Shown one piece after another: positions 36,988 to 50,081 of a DNA stretch of 64,000 bases; the stretch's first letter is position 1, and every line of letters starts with the position of its first letter. This stretch comes from Gekko japonicus. Taxonomy: Eukaryota. The stretch covers positions 111,577 through 175,576 of the forward strand of contig NW_015164217.1 in assembly GCF_001447785.1 (NCBI RefSeq). Reading direction: 5' to 3'. The position numbers and the translations under genes are program-made. The notes below the pieces were generated by a model. It did no database searches. It worked only from the letters and a program-made list of their open reading frames with translations, and was not told where the DNA came from.

Positions 36988-37505
36988 CTAGAGCTCCCCC
37001 CGGGCGTGGCGGATGTAGTGTTCGTGCAGCCCTGCCTCGTGACTGAAGCTCTCTCCGCATTCCATGCAGGAGTAGGGACGGGAGGGAAGCAACTCCTGCG
37101 TCTGCTGGTGGAAAGCCTGGTGCCGACGCAGGTTTGAAAGCTGGCGGAAGCTCTTGCCGCAGTCCGGGCACTGATGCGGCAGGCTGTGGCCAGCGGCGTG
37201 GCCCAGGCGGTGACGCTGGTAGTTGGCCAACTGGCTGAAGCAGCGGCCACAGTCGGGGCAGTCAAAGGTAGGCTGCAAGCAGTCCGTGCAGTCGGAGGGG
37301 CGGGCGGGGGCGTGGCCCCGCTGGTGGCAGATGAGGGCACGCGAGCTCTCGAAGGCCTTGTTGCAAATAAAGCAGATGAAGAGGGTGTCGCGCAGGTTGG
37401 CCTGAACAAAGTCCTCTGGGTGTTCCCGCTTCATGTGCCGTGCCTTGAACTTCTCATCCGGGAATGTGATCAGGCAGTGAAAACACTGGTTTGCGCCCAA
37501 GCTGT
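36988..37505 (-). CDS. ZNF576: Zinc finger protein 576, last coding exon (5 C2H2 fingers)
   Basis: ORF 36988..37500: CFHCLITFPDEKFKARHMKREHPEDFV...LHEHYIRHARGEL closely matches recalled ZNF576 (CLITF..HMKREHP.DFV; HYIRHARGEL). Acceptor ctctccag| at 37506, phase 1. Confidence 0.9.
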
Positions 37506-38960
37506 CTGGAGAGGGGGAGAAAGACAGAGAGTCAAGAAGGGCTCGACGGAACCAGCGGTCTAACCTGCAGTCACCTCTGTAAAATGGGATGGGTAAAGCA
37601 CTGTGAAATGGTCCACTCTCCTCGTCATCAGCTTTTCATTTGGACACACAGTGGTTTCACAACCCTCAGACAATTGGCTGCTTTTAAATCAGCCATATAT
37701 ACAACTATTGGAGGGAACAATGGGGGGACCTCTCTGCTTTTAACTGATGCTGCTCGGGNNNNNNNNNNNNNNNNNNNNNNNNNNNNNNNNNNNNNNNNNN
37801 NNNNNNNNNNNNNNNNNNNNNNNNNNNNNNNNNNNNNNNNNNNNNNNNNNNNNNNNNNNNNNNNNNNNNNNNNNNNNNNNNNNNNNNNNNNNNNNNNNNN
37901 NNNNNNNNNNNNNNNNNNNNNNNNNNNNNNNNNNNNNNNNNNNNNNNNNNNNNNNNNNNNNNNNNNNNNNNNNNNNNNNNNNNNNNNNNNNNNNNNNNNN
38001 NNNNNNNNNNNNNNNNNNNNNNNNNNNNNNNNNNNNNNNNNNNNNNNNNNNNNNNNNNNNNNNNNNNNNNNNNNNNNNNNNNNNNNNNNNNNNNNNNNNN
38101 NNNNNNNNNNNNNNNNNNNNNNNNNNNNNNNNNNNNNNNNNNNNNNNNNNNNNNNNNNNNNNNNNNNNNNNNNNNNNNNNNNNNNNNNNNNNNNNNNNNN
38201 NNNNNNNNNNNNNNNNNCCCTACCTTCTCTCTCCCATGCATAATCTTGTAAACCTCGATCACGTCACCCCTCAGTCGTCATTACTCCAAGCTAAAGAGCC
38301 CCAAGCACTTTAACCTTTCTTCATAGGGAAAGTGTTCCAGCCCTTTGATCATTCTAGTTGCCCTTTTCTGCACTTTTTCCAATGCTGTAATATCCTTTCT
38401 GAGGTGTGGTCACCTAGCACACGTAGCCTCCATAGCCAAAGGGAAAAAAAGAGAGGTGGTTAATGGAAGGGACAGAGTCCAACTGCCCCGGAGGAGCTTG
38501 TCCTCCTAGTGACAAGGGATGCATGCTGTCATGTGGTTTTATAGTTGCTGCAATGACATCTATTACCTCAAAATGGAAGTCACACCAACCTCCCACGATC
38601 AACCAGTGATACTCTAAAGTTTGGGACCTCTTTATAATGGAGAAAATCAGAGACCACATAAGACAAGCCAATTCTAGATCAGTTCACCTCGGTTCACATC
38701 TAAAATGGCTACCTTTTCTAGAACACATATTTTCTAATGACCTCCAACCTCACAAGCAAATATATTTTCAACTACTTTTTATGTGAGCTAACTTCCTCAG
38801 TTTGAATACTCTCTATAACCTCATAACGCACATTTGGTTTAGTTGTGGTACACACCTCAGTTTTGAAATTAGTTTAATTTAACTTGACATCGTTTTTTTC
38901 AAGCAATACTAAATGAAACTTACTAGCTGTATTGTTAAGTATACAGATCACAGTACTCAC

Positions 38961-39183
38961 AGATTGTGCTACTGCTGGAGGAGTCTTTGCCCTTACTACG
39001 TGTGCTGGGGCAGACTGGCAACACTGCGGTTGGGCTCTCCTCTTCCTCGACACAGACAGGTTCCAGTTTACAAGTTTGCAGCAGCTCCCGGGTTGGTAGA
39101 TCACTTGGGCCATCATGGTTTGGAAGCTTTTTAAGAAGATGTTCGGCCAATGGCGGCTTGTTTACTGTAGCAGGTTCAGCCAT
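38961..39183 (-). CDS. ZNF576: ZNF576 first coding exon (MAEPATVNK...SSSTI)
   Basis: Acceptor tttctgtag| at 39189, ATG at 39183, donor ATC T|gtgagt at 38961. The 223-nt phase-1 exon joins the last exon in frame (741 nt, 246 aa). Confidence 0.75.
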
Positions 39184-40329
39184 TCCCTCTACAGAAATGA
39201 AGCCAACAGGGAAAGTGAGCAAAAGACTTTCTTCTTATAGTCCTGCTGTAGGGCCAGGCACAATGTACTAACTTTTCCTCAGCCTCCCACCACAGCCCTT
39301 ACCTCTACACGCCAAATAGCAATTGTACCACAGTCTGGTATGCCTGGCAACCTGGAAAGCCTTTGTAGACAGGAGAACAGCTTGCTACTTTTTCCTCTTC
39401 TAATGCACCTGCGCGCTTATGTGGGCAAGCAGGCAAATTAAATGCAGAACAAGTCGACTAGTAACTTATAGAATTTTGCAAAGCTACTATGAAGAGACCA
39501 ATAACCAGGAGAAATAAGCAAGGCAGTTTCTTCCAAAAATAGCCCCCCGACCACATCCATAAGATTCCCCACAAAGAAAATGCCTCCTGGCTTATCCTTC
39601 CCTTCTGGGATAGGGCTGCAGCTCAGTGGCAAAACACACACTTGGTGTGCAGAAAGCCCCAGAATCAGTCCTCAGCATTTCCAGTTCAAAGGGCCGGCCG
39701 GCTGGCCAACCAGCCAGCCAGCAGGTGATGACTAAGGTTTCTGCCAGAGAGCCACTTGCCAGCCGGGGAACTTTACTGACATGAACAGACCAATGACCTG
39801 ACGCCATAGAAGGAAGCTATGTATATGGGGGTTCTTTTCTCATTGCACCCTGAAAGGAACAACACGCCTCCCTGCCTGGCGTGAGCATCCAGCGGCCAAC
39901 CATGGCCTGTAGGGCTGCCAACCCCATTCTGGGAAACTGCTGGAGATTTAATTTATTTATTTACATTCAATTTATATACCGCTCTAACCTTTTAGGCAGG
40001 TCTCTGAGCAGTTTACATATATCTTCCAAATTCCCTAACTAGGGCCACATTGTTGATGGGTGGTGTCTGCCTACCAGCACCCAGGGCTTTGTTATTCTTC
40101 TGGCTGAGATTCGAGGGTTATGCCTGTGAAGGGAGAATTTGGAGAAGGATTGCACCTCGAATCTATAGCACGCCAATGAATCTGTCTTCGGAAGCTGCCG
40201 TTTTCTCCAGAAGAAATAATCTGCCATCTGAAGATCAGCTGTGATTCCGGGGGAACTCCAGGCCCCACATGGAGGCTGGCAACCCTAACATCACCAGGAT
40301 ACCCAGGCCCACCCCCCACCCCAGTTACT

Positions 40330-40990
40330 CCACGCAAAGAGCTGTAAACTGCGCCCGCTCCCCATCTGCCCCCTTCCTTTGGCCGGCCCTCCTCAAAGGG
40401 GCTGCCCCCCATTGGTTTCCCCGACGCCCTCCCACATCCTGTCTGCAGCCAACGGGACGCCCGCCCAAGCTCCTACCTCCTCCCCCCCAACCCCATTCCC
40501 AGCCCCCGAGAGACGCCGCTCCGCTTGCCTTGCCTCCCTCTACGTTTCTCTTTCCCACAGTGTTTTTTTCCTACTTCCGGGGTCCATCCACTCCCTTTCA
40601 CTCAGGTCCCGTGACCCGTTTCCTGTAAGGGCATCCACACTGGTGCCTGAATGAAAAAGAAATCTCATAAACATGCTTCCCGTCGGGTGCCATGGTCACC
40701 GCTCTCGATAAAAAGGCAGGGAGGCTTTCGGGTTTTCTCTCAAGGGATCGTCCTTCAGAAATTTTGAGTTGTTTTTTTTTCAGGCAGCGTATACGCCTTC
40801 CCTCCTGCAAGGCAACAGCGCATGCGTACCAGTTAGTCGTGGACGCGGCTGGCTCTGCCAGAGTTCACCGACGGCGCACCGGTATGCAAGGATGCGAGGC
40901 GCATGCGCTGTACCGGCGTTTGGCCCAGCAAGGCGGGAGCTCTCGAGCCTCTGGGTTCTGCGCATGCGCCTTTGCACGAGAGATGAATTG
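40330..40990. promoter_or_regulatory. CpG island / promoter upstream of ZNF576
   Basis: CpG-rich, with NRF1-type GCGCATGCG motifs at ~40818, ~40899 and ~40960, and ETS ACTTCCGG at ~40573. Confidence 0.6.
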
Positions 40991-42096
40991 AAGTTTACGC
41001 TATTGCCCCAGACATGTAATAATGGCATAAGAAATTCAACAGGTGAAGCTTTGGCTCCTGATCACGGAGAAAAGCTGGCAATAAATAAGCGTCCTGTACA
41101 CACTAAGCAAGGAGCTGGGGTGGCTCAAGTGGTTAAGACACTGAACTGCAGGCTGTGGAAGGTCAGTAGTTCAGCAGTTCGAGACCCGGGTGCCGCATGA
41201 CGGAGTGAGCTCCCGTCTCTAGTTCCAGCTCCTGCCAACCCAGCAGTTCGAAAGCAAGAAATTGCAAGTAGATAAATAGGGACCACTTCGGTGGGAAGGG
41301 AACAGCGTTCCGTGCGCCTTGGTGTTTAGTGATGCCGGCCACATGACCACGGAAACGTCTTCGGACAGCGCTGGCTCTTCGGCTTGGAAACTGAGATGAG
41401 CACCGCAACCCTAGAGTCGGACTCGACCTTTACCTTACACACTAAGCTATATGAGGGGGAGCTTTACCTGTTGAAGAGTTACCTAATCTTCCGTTAGAGA
41501 CCAGGCAAGAAAAGGAAAACTGATTAATATACAAGCAAGATGTCTCTCTCAATTTGATCTGCCAGGGTCAGAACCCACATTCTCACTGCCTTTGGCTGAA
41601 ACAGGATGGGGGGAAGGGAAAGTTTCCAGCTCCAAGATGGGAAAATTCCTGAGGAGGGACCTCAAGCAGGGTATAATCCCACACAGTCCACCCTCCAAAC
41701 CACCCAGATCTCCAGGCACCGCCGGTAAATTGCTTCTGAGAATCTGGGCTGTACCTTCACCTCCACTTCATGAGGGACTGATTATCCTTTTATGTGCAGC
41801 TGCCAAACTTTTAATTGCCAAATCCTGGAAAAATAACACCTTACAATATCAGCCTGACTACATAAAGTCTGTGGTTTCTGTCTGATGGACAAACTTACTG
41901 ATTCTCTTCTTTGGAAGGCTACAGAATTGTTTGATTTGAAATTTACCTCAATCTGGTTCCCCTTCTTGGACTATTTATCCACTAAACCTGAGTATTCTTT
42001 GATTCTGGATACCATAAGACTGCTGTATTGATGCATTTCATGTGACGTTTCATGTTTATCGCACCTACATTGTTTATGTTTTATCACATGTACCAG

Positions 42097-42310
42097 TAGG
42101 GTCACCAGCCTCCAGGTGGGACCTGGAGATCTCCTGCTTTTACAGCTGATCTCCAGCTGACAGAGATCAGCTCCCCTGGAGAAAACAGCTGCTTTGGAGG
42201 GGGGACTCTATGACACTGCACCACGCCGAGGCCCCTCCCCAAACCCCGCCCTCTCTCGGCCCCACCCACAAAGTCTCCAGGTATTTTCCAATCCAGACCT
42301 GGCAACCCTA
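42097..42310. mobile_element. hAT (Blackjack-like) MITE, TIR TAGGGT(C/T)(A/G)CCA (related pieces ~13485-13690, 15820-16185, 39910-40290, 55690-55930)
   Basis: tagggtcacca...tggcaacccta with perfect 8-bp TSD tgtaccag. Confidence 0.8.
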
Positions 42311-42799
42311 TGTACCAGTTAAGTTATATTTCTGATGTTATAACTACTTGCTTGTGTAAAATAAAGATTAATATGATAAGAATTAAAAAATATTTTTTTA
42401 AAAAAGAGAATCTGGGCTATTCATATTGGAGTGGCAGTACTGCATGTCTGGACAACGCCCTATCCCCTCTTCAAAAAAGCTTTTTGGAGACAGATGCGTG
42501 AAGGCCGGCAGGCTCCGTCAGAGGTGGAACAGCAGCTTCCTTTCTGCAGTCTCCATGCATGCACTTTGACAGTGTATTGCTCGAAAGACTTGACTGCTAT
42601 GTTCTGAAAACAACGAACTGTTTTGAAAGACTTAACTGCTATATTTTGAAAACAACGAAGTGACGTTTTTCGACCCAGGCACTTTATTCCTTGAAATATA
42701 TTGGATGAGACTGGAAATTATTATGGACTAAACATACACGTATGAGACTTTGGAATCGTCATATGAATAGAGTGCATGGATATTAGTATCTTCAACAAG

Positions 42800-43045
42800 A
42801 CGGGGACCCGCGATACTCACGGGGGGGGGAGAAGAGCTCCGTCTCCTCCAACCCCGCCCACTCGATCTCCCCGAGGAGGAGGCGGCGGTGGAGAGGCCGG
42901 TCCTTTCCCCCCCTTTGCCGGGCTCGGCGTCGGCGGCGAGGCCGGTCCTCCCCCCGCCCGCCTGCCCACCCGGCTCTGAGGAGGCAGCGGCGGCGGCGAG
43001 GTCAGCTACAGAGCGTTTCGTGCGCATGTGCACGGAACGCTCTTG
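42800..43045 (-). promoter_or_regulatory. CpG island with putative non-coding first exon (minus strand)
   Basis: GC/CpG-rich, with a minus-strand donor |gtgagt at 42820-42815 and TGCGCATGTGCA at 43021. Confidence 0.55.
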
Positions 43046-46000
43046 CACTTTCAGGGGGATTTAAACATCCCCCCGAAATTTTTTTCTACTTTTAGCATTT
43101 TTGTGCACACGTGGGGACTGGCCCACGTGTGCACAAACCTCCCCCTCCCCCCCAAGTGCCCCCAGAGCGCTGATTTAGCGATCCGCACTCCGGGGGCAAC
43201 TTGGCTATTAGATATATAGATAGGTGTTGAATATATTTCTTGTAATTTGCTCACGGGGGGGGGGATTCTTGTATTTAACCGCCTAGAGGTTGGCCACCGT
43301 AGCGGGCAAGAGGAAGCTGACAGGTAGGGTACCAACCTCATTGGTGAACAGCATGAATTGTTCATATTTCAAGAGCTCTTTCCATCAATTGGAGATTTAT
43401 GTGGCTGGAAACAATCGAGAATCTAACAGCATCTTAAAACCTAACAGAGTCCAAAAACATCTAAAAGTCAGGGCCTGTGCCTTCAGCTACACAACGTGTC
43501 ACACTCAGAAATCCACTCCACAAACACGACAATATAGATGAAGGCACAGGCTCTGGTTACAAAAACTTCAGCCAGGCTCTGTTTAAGTGTCTTGGCCGCT
43601 ACAAAGAGACCTGGAGAATTTGTTACGAACGAATCTCAGGCTCAGTTTTTGCGAAGGCAGATTTGTGTGACTTTGAATTATCTCTGGATAGAGAGTTTTT
43701 GTTTTAATGGGAGGAGGAAGATTGCTAAAAGCAGCAAGCAAGCAAGCTTACCCCCCAAAAAACTATTTTATAGACATGGTTTGCACAATTGGACAAACAG
43801 GACTGCACTCCGAAAGCTAAAATGGGGGGCAGCTGCCTATTTTAACCTCTAGATACTTTAAAGCAAGCTTTGAAGTAGGAACTTCAACTGTCTGAAAGAG
43901 GCTCATGAAGATGAGGGTACAGCCCCGGAGTACAGAATGTTACATTAAAGATGCAGTCATATGTGCGCTCACTTGGCACACTCGTGGTATTCGGCTGGAT
44001 TTGCTTCCTGGGAAATACAGATAAGGACCACCAGTAAGACTATAAAGCAAGGGAAAGAAACCCTCACCTACTAGAACTGTAGCCGTGTGCCTTTCAACAG
44101 ATCCAGCCAGATGAAAACGAGCGCGCACACAAAAAAGAGGGGGAATAATTCATTCTATATTAAGAGGCAACTGGGAATCGTGCCAGGCTGGCACCGCTGA
44201 TTTGCATACCTACACGCTTAATTGCACAATACCTGCTGCTTAATGTGTCGAGCGCATGCCACAATATATAGACGCCCCTGCGTAAAATGAAACTTCCCAG
44301 TGACCAGTTGGCTCTCCCCTGAGGTTTGATCAAATGCACAATGCAGGGCCCAACCTATAGTAGAGTTCAGGCCGCGGTCACATGTGCCAGTTGAAGCAGA
44401 GGGGAAGCGAGGCTATTCCCTCCAGAGGAATTTGACCCACGGTTGCAAGATCACACAGTCCTTTGTAGCACAGCCTGTCACTGTGAGATCAGACGCAACT
44501 GCGGGCGAGTCGGCTTTTTTTTTTGCAGTTTCTTTCCCATGCGCATAAACGAGGAATCGCACCTCCGCACCGAGGCCCCCCTATGGAATATGCGATGATG
44601 TGCATAGTATGAAGGGGGAAGGGAAACGGCACTGAGCCGGGATGTCCTGATCAGACCATCCCAACGGTATGCGTGCGTGCTTGCGCGATCAGACAGGGAA
44701 AAGTCCATCTGTGACCTGTCAGAACCCGTTTACTACCGGACTTTCCCTGATGTCTTTTTACTCCAGAGCAGCACGGGTTGCCGACGACTGCAGGACGCTT
44801 CCCAGATGTTGCTGTCTGATCGCGCCCTTTAGATCCGGCAGGCATTCGCCCCTATGTCGGATCTAAAGGCACGTGTGATCGCAGCCTTCAGACCGCGACA
44901 GAGCAGTGCAACACTTCCCGGTGGGAAGTGTTAGCCGACAAACGGAAGGTCCGCGTGTAAGATCAAAAGCCGAGAGAGATCTACGCAGCATCAAAGAAAA
45001 GCCTGCAATGGACCATTCCGGCCAGACGGTGGCAGTGGTGCGCTGCGACTGAGAAAAATGCTGACGACATCAAGCGACGCCGACTAAAGAATGCTGCCGG
45101 AACACGTCTGATGCTTACAGCTGACCAAACTCCCTGTCGACTACGAAGTGTGTGTGATTAAAAATGATATATGTTGTCCTCCGTGTCAACACGTGAGTAA
45201 CTGTAAATCGCTCAGAGCCGGCAGCTCTGCAAGGATTGAGCAATCAATAAACTGAAATATATTATTATTATTGTTATTATTATTAACACGCACGAAGCTG
45301 CCTTATACTGAATCAGACCATGGATCCATTAAGGTCACTATTTTCTACTCAAGACTGGCAGTGACTCTCCAGTCTCTCAGGTAGTGGTCTTACACATCAC
45401 CTACTGTGGGTATGAAATGCAGTCAAATCCCAGCTGACCCCAGAATGGGGCTTTCAAGGCAAATGAGAAGCAGAAGTGGATCTGCCCTGGTGCTCTCCCT
45501 TCCAAGTATCGACCCTGCTTAGCTCCTGAGATCTGAGGAGATCAGGCTATACCATGCCACCTTCTCTCCCCCTCATCTACCATCTGGTCTTCTTTAACTG
45601 GAGATGCCGAAGACTGAACCGGGACCTTCTGCATGCAAAGCAGAGGCTCTTCCCCTGAACCACAGCCCCTCCCCTCACAGCCCGGACCAAAGTTATTCCC
45701 AGAAACCAATCCAGTTCAGTTGCCACTGAAAGGGCCAATCAGACTAGCACCCACCCCGCCCCAGACCAAAATAAGGTCTACGGCACAGCCCTGACAGACC
45801 ACCTTCGAAGCGTTTCCCTTCCTAGGCGCATCGCTGAGCGTATAAACGCCTCCTCCATTTGTGCAGTGAATCCTTTTCTTCAAAACCCAAAGCCTCCGTT
45901 TTTCAGAAGAGGAGATTGGATTTATACCCTGCCCTTCACTACCCAGTTGTAGAAGAAGAAGAAGAGATAGGATTTATACCCCGCCCTTCACTACACAAAG

Positions 46001-46433
46001 GAGTCTCAGAGCGGCTTACAAACTCCTTTCCCTTCCCCTCCCCACAACAGACACCCTGTGAGGTCGGTGGGGCTGAGAGAGCTCTGACAGAAACTGCTCT
46101 TTTTCAAGAACAGCTGTGCCAGAACTATGGCTTATAGCTATATAGGCCTCCGGCAGAAGAGGACAAGGAGAAGAAGAGATTGGATTTATACCCTGCCCTT
46201 CACTACCCAAAGGTGTCTCGGAGCGGCTTACAAACTCCTTCCCCTTCCCACAACAGACACCCTGTGGGGTAGGTGGGGCTGAAAGCTCTGACGGAAACTG
46301 CTTTTTCAAGAATTCTGACAGAACTATTATTATTTATTATTTATTATTCGCATTTCTATCCCTCACTGCCCGGAGGCTCAGGGCAGCTTACAGGGCATAA
46401 TGCCAGATAAAACAGTAAAACAATACAAAATAT

Positions 46434-47227
46434 NNNNNNNNNNNNNNNNNNNNNNNNNNNNNNNNNNNNNNNNNNNNNNNNNNNNNNNNNNNNNNNNNNN
46501 NNNNNNNNNNNNNNNNNNNNNNNNNNNNNNNNNNNNNNNNNNNNNNNNNNNNNNNNNNNNNNNNNNNNNNNNNNNNNNNNNNNNNNNNNNNNNNNNNNNN
46601 NNNNNNNNNNNNNNNNNNNNNNNNNNNNNNNNNNNNNNNNNNNNNNNNNNNNNNNNNNNNNNNNNNNNNNNNNNNNNNNNNNNNNNNNNNNNNNNNNNNN
46701 NNNNNNNNNNNNNNNNNNNNNNNNNNNNNNNNNNNNNNNNNNNNNNNNNNNNNNNNNNNNNNNNNNNNNNNNNNNNNNNNNNNNNNNNNNNNNNNNNNNN
46801 NNNNNNNNNNNNNNNNNNNNNNNNNNNNNNNNNNNNNNNNNNNNNNNNNNNNNNNNNNNNNNNNNNNNNNNNNNNNNNNNNNNNNNNNNNNNNNNNNNNN
46901 NNNNNNNNNNNNNNNNNNNNNNNNNNNNNNNNNNNNNNNNNNNNNNNNNNNNNNNNNNNNNNNNNNNNNNNNNNNNNNNNNNNNNNNNNNNNNNNNNNNN
47001 NNNNNNNNNNNNNNNNNNNNNNNNNNNNNNNNNNNNNNNNNNNNNNNNNNNNNNNNNNNNNNNNNNNNNNNNNNNNNNNNNNNNNNNNNNNNNNNNNNNN
47101 NNNNNNNNNNNNNNNNNNNNNNNNNNNNNNNNNNNNNNNNNNNNNNNNNNNNNNNNNNNNNNNNNNNNNNNNNNNNNNNNNNNNNNNNNNNNNNNNNNNN
47201 NNNNNNNNNNNNNNNNNNNNNNNNNNN
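46434..47227. other. Assembly gap (other N runs: 4238-4286, 5205-5232, 11797-11894, 37759-38217)
   Basis: Runs of N. Confidence 1.
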
Positions 47228-47680
47228 AACTTCAAGGCCAGTAGCTCACAGAGTTGAATTTTTGCTCACAAGACTTCACAGCTTAGAGGGAACATTGCTC
47301 CAGAGCAGACTCATTTACGCAGCGGCCAAGTGGCTCGCTCACAACTTTAATGCCAGGAGCTCACCAAGTAGAATCTTTGCTCCCAAGACTCCACAGCTTA
47401 GAGGGAGCACTGCCACCAGCAGAGGTAGCACGCACGAAAGGGATTGTTCCAAGCGGTGAGAAGCACTCCGTTCCCCTCCCCGCCGGCAAAAAAACTTGTG
47501 TATTTTTTATTTAAAATACAGAGGAGAAAACCTAAAAAGGAACTAAAAAAAATAAAAATAAAGTGAGGGAAGTCGGGGATTTCTGATCCACTTCTGAAAG
47601 AGTCCTAACCAGAGCAATCCCTTGGCAGGTGCCATTATGTTAGACAGTGGAAGGGGGAGAGAAGAAGAAGGGTGGGCGAT

Positions 47681-48249
47681 CTACAGCTCTCCGCGCGCAT
47701 GGCGCATGTAGTGCTCATGCAGTTCCGACACCAGGCCAAACTCCCCCGGGCACTCGGTGCAGTGGTACGGTCCATCAGCCCCGTCTGCGTCGTGCTCGCC
47801 GTTGGCCGCCCTCGGGGCAGGGGCAGGAGCAGGAGGGGGCTTGTTGCGGGGCGGGGCTGGAGGGCTGCGGCGCCAGCTGTGTTCGCAGCGGTGCGCCTCC
47901 AGCGAGGAGGGAGATGCGAAGCCCAGGCCGCACTCGGCGCAGATGTAGTGGAAAGCGCCGCCCCAGCTGGGAGGCGGAGCCGTTCGGCCTTCCCGGCTCT
48001 CGGGGTTGCCGGAAAGGGTCAGGGTCGGCGGCTTGGAGGAGGAGGAGCCGCTGTGTGGCCGCTTGCGCCCCACGTGGTAGCTGCGGTGCACCTTCAGGGC
48101 TCGGGACGTGCCGAAGCCGCGGCCACATTCGGGGCATTCGTGCCATTCGGGGCTGGGCGCCTGCGAAGAGCTCAGCCGATCGTGCCCGATCTCACCGCCT
48201 TCATCCACTGGTTCCCCTACGGCTCCGTGCGACTCTTTGCTTTGGGGGC
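47681..48249 (-). CDS. ZNF428/ZNF576-like C2H2 zinc finger protein, last coding exon (3 fingers)
   Basis: ORF 47681..48307: CPECGRGF..HRSYH, CAECGLGF..HRCEH, YHCTECPGEFGLVSELHEHYMRHARGEL*. Acceptor gtctcactag| at 48250, phase 1. AATAAA on the minus strand at 47506-47511. Confidence 0.85.
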
Positions 48250-48359
48250 CTAGTGAGACAACCAGAGGGGGGGAAACACAGTGAAGCAAGACACAGCTGT
48301 GATCCACCCGGTCAGCCCCTGCAGGACAGCTCCAGCAGCCACGTGGGGAACCTGTCTAC

Positions 48360-48622
48360 CCTAAACCCTTACCCGTGTTCCTTCTAAGCTGAGTTAGCGC
48401 GAGCTAGGTCACGGTCCTTTTAGGCTCCGGCTCACACATTTTTGTCTTAGCTCAGGAAGGACAGCTCCAGGGCAAACTGATTCATGCCGCATCCAGATCG
48501 CTCGCTCACAACCTTAATGCCAGACTTTTTGCTCACAAGAACTCCGCAGCTTAGAGGGAGCACCGAACCCTAAACTCTAACCCCTAATCCTAAACCTAAC
48601 CCTAAAACCCTAACCCTAAACC
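48360..48622 (+). repeat. Degenerate (CCCTAA)n telomere-like tract interrupted by a MITE
   Basis: accctaaacccttaccc before the MITE and aaccctaaactctaacccctaatcctaaacctaaccctaaaaccctaaccctaaaccc after it. Confidence 0.6.
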
Positions 48623-50081
48623 CCACAGCATGTTGGAGCTGGAAAATGCCAAACGTTGCAGGTTCGGTGAGCGGAATACATCACACTAAAGTAGCTTCCG
48701 CCTCCTTTCTTTGTCTCTGCGAGTTCAGTGCCGTCAAGTCGTTTCCGACGTATGGCGACCAGGCCCATAGCTAACGTGGGGCCCGTGGGGCCCGTCCCCC
48801 TCCCGCTGTTTGGCGGGGCCCCGATCTTCGGCACCCCCTCCCTCATCCCCTGATCAAGCTGAGCCGGCATCTCCCTGTTTGCGCTTGTCTGAGATAAGCC
48901 GAGTCTCTTTAGGACCCAGCAGCAACCGGTGGTTGACTGAGTCACACACCCATTGGTCGGATTGCCGCAGTTGGCTCCTCCTGTTGGATTTTCTGCACCA
49001 GGCTTCAGAAAAGATCCTCGGCTCAGGGAAGGAGTGAGGGAGGAAACTCGATCCCCGCTCTCCTTTTTTAAAAGAAACAGGGCAGCTATCCTAGACCTTT
49101 GTGTCTATGAACCTTGGGATCCTGGCTCGCCTCAGAGGAAGGCTCTAGTGGGGGCTGTGTGCGTGTGCGCCAAGCAGACCCCCCCTTGCCCTGGAGCCTT
49201 TGATGTAATTAGCTGGTGGCCCCCCCAAGGTCCCCTCCCCCCAAAATCCCTAGCTACGGGGCTGATGGCGACCCCATGAATGAATGACCTCCCGAACGTC
49301 CCAGCCTCAATAGCCTTGCTCAGGCCTTGGAGGCTGGGGGCCTTTGTGGCTTCCTTGACGGAGTCAATCCATCTCATCCATCTCATCTTGGCTCTCCCTC
49401 TTTTCCTTCTGCCTTCCACTTTTCCTAGCATTATTGTCTTTTCCGGCGACTCTCGTCTTCTCCTAATGTCACCAAAGCACGGTAGCCTCAGTTTGGTCCT
49501 TTTAGCTTCTAGGGAGAGTTCGATCTAGACTCCTTTGTTTAGGAGCGGAGCAGGGCGGGGGGGAGATCCCACCCCCTGCGTAGTCCTGGAGCTTCTTCCT
49601 ACCCGGCAGACCCAACCTTCCAATCCGGAAGCCCTACTACGTAATTGTCAAGTGTGGGATTGGAAATGCGTGGCCAGGTGCTCTCTCTGCGATTGTTACT
49701 GATTTTATGGCCAGAGCGCCGAACTGCCGGCCTGCATAAAGGTTCTCAGCTGGGCCCTGATTCGAATGAACTCCCTGAACCCAACCCCCCCCAAATTTCC
49801 TCTTATCAAACAGCCTTTTGTTACTGGGCGCTTTGGCCGACCTGCCTCTGACTAGGCCCGTTCAAATCCTGGTGCCTGCAGGGGTCATTTCCTGCAGGAG
49901 CGCACAGGAGCGGAGCTCCGGCAGTAAAGAGCCCAGGGGGCGGGCACATGCAACCCTCGGTCCCAGCAGCCCTCAGTCAGAGCAAGAAGCAGCCAGGTAA
50001 GTTTCAGGTCCCAGCAGCCCTCAGTCAGAGCAAGAAGCAGCCAGGTAAGTTTCAGGGCTCTACAAAATGACCCCTGGGTAC

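Noticed and set aside
37491-38313. Long ORFs containing poly-X (also 46378-47257)
   Set aside because: Artefacts of translating through N gaps.
44200-44325. Immunoglobulin-type promoter (octamer + TATA + ATG AAA CTT CCC)
   Set aside because: The ORF stops after 11 codons, and no leader intron, V exon or RSS follows.
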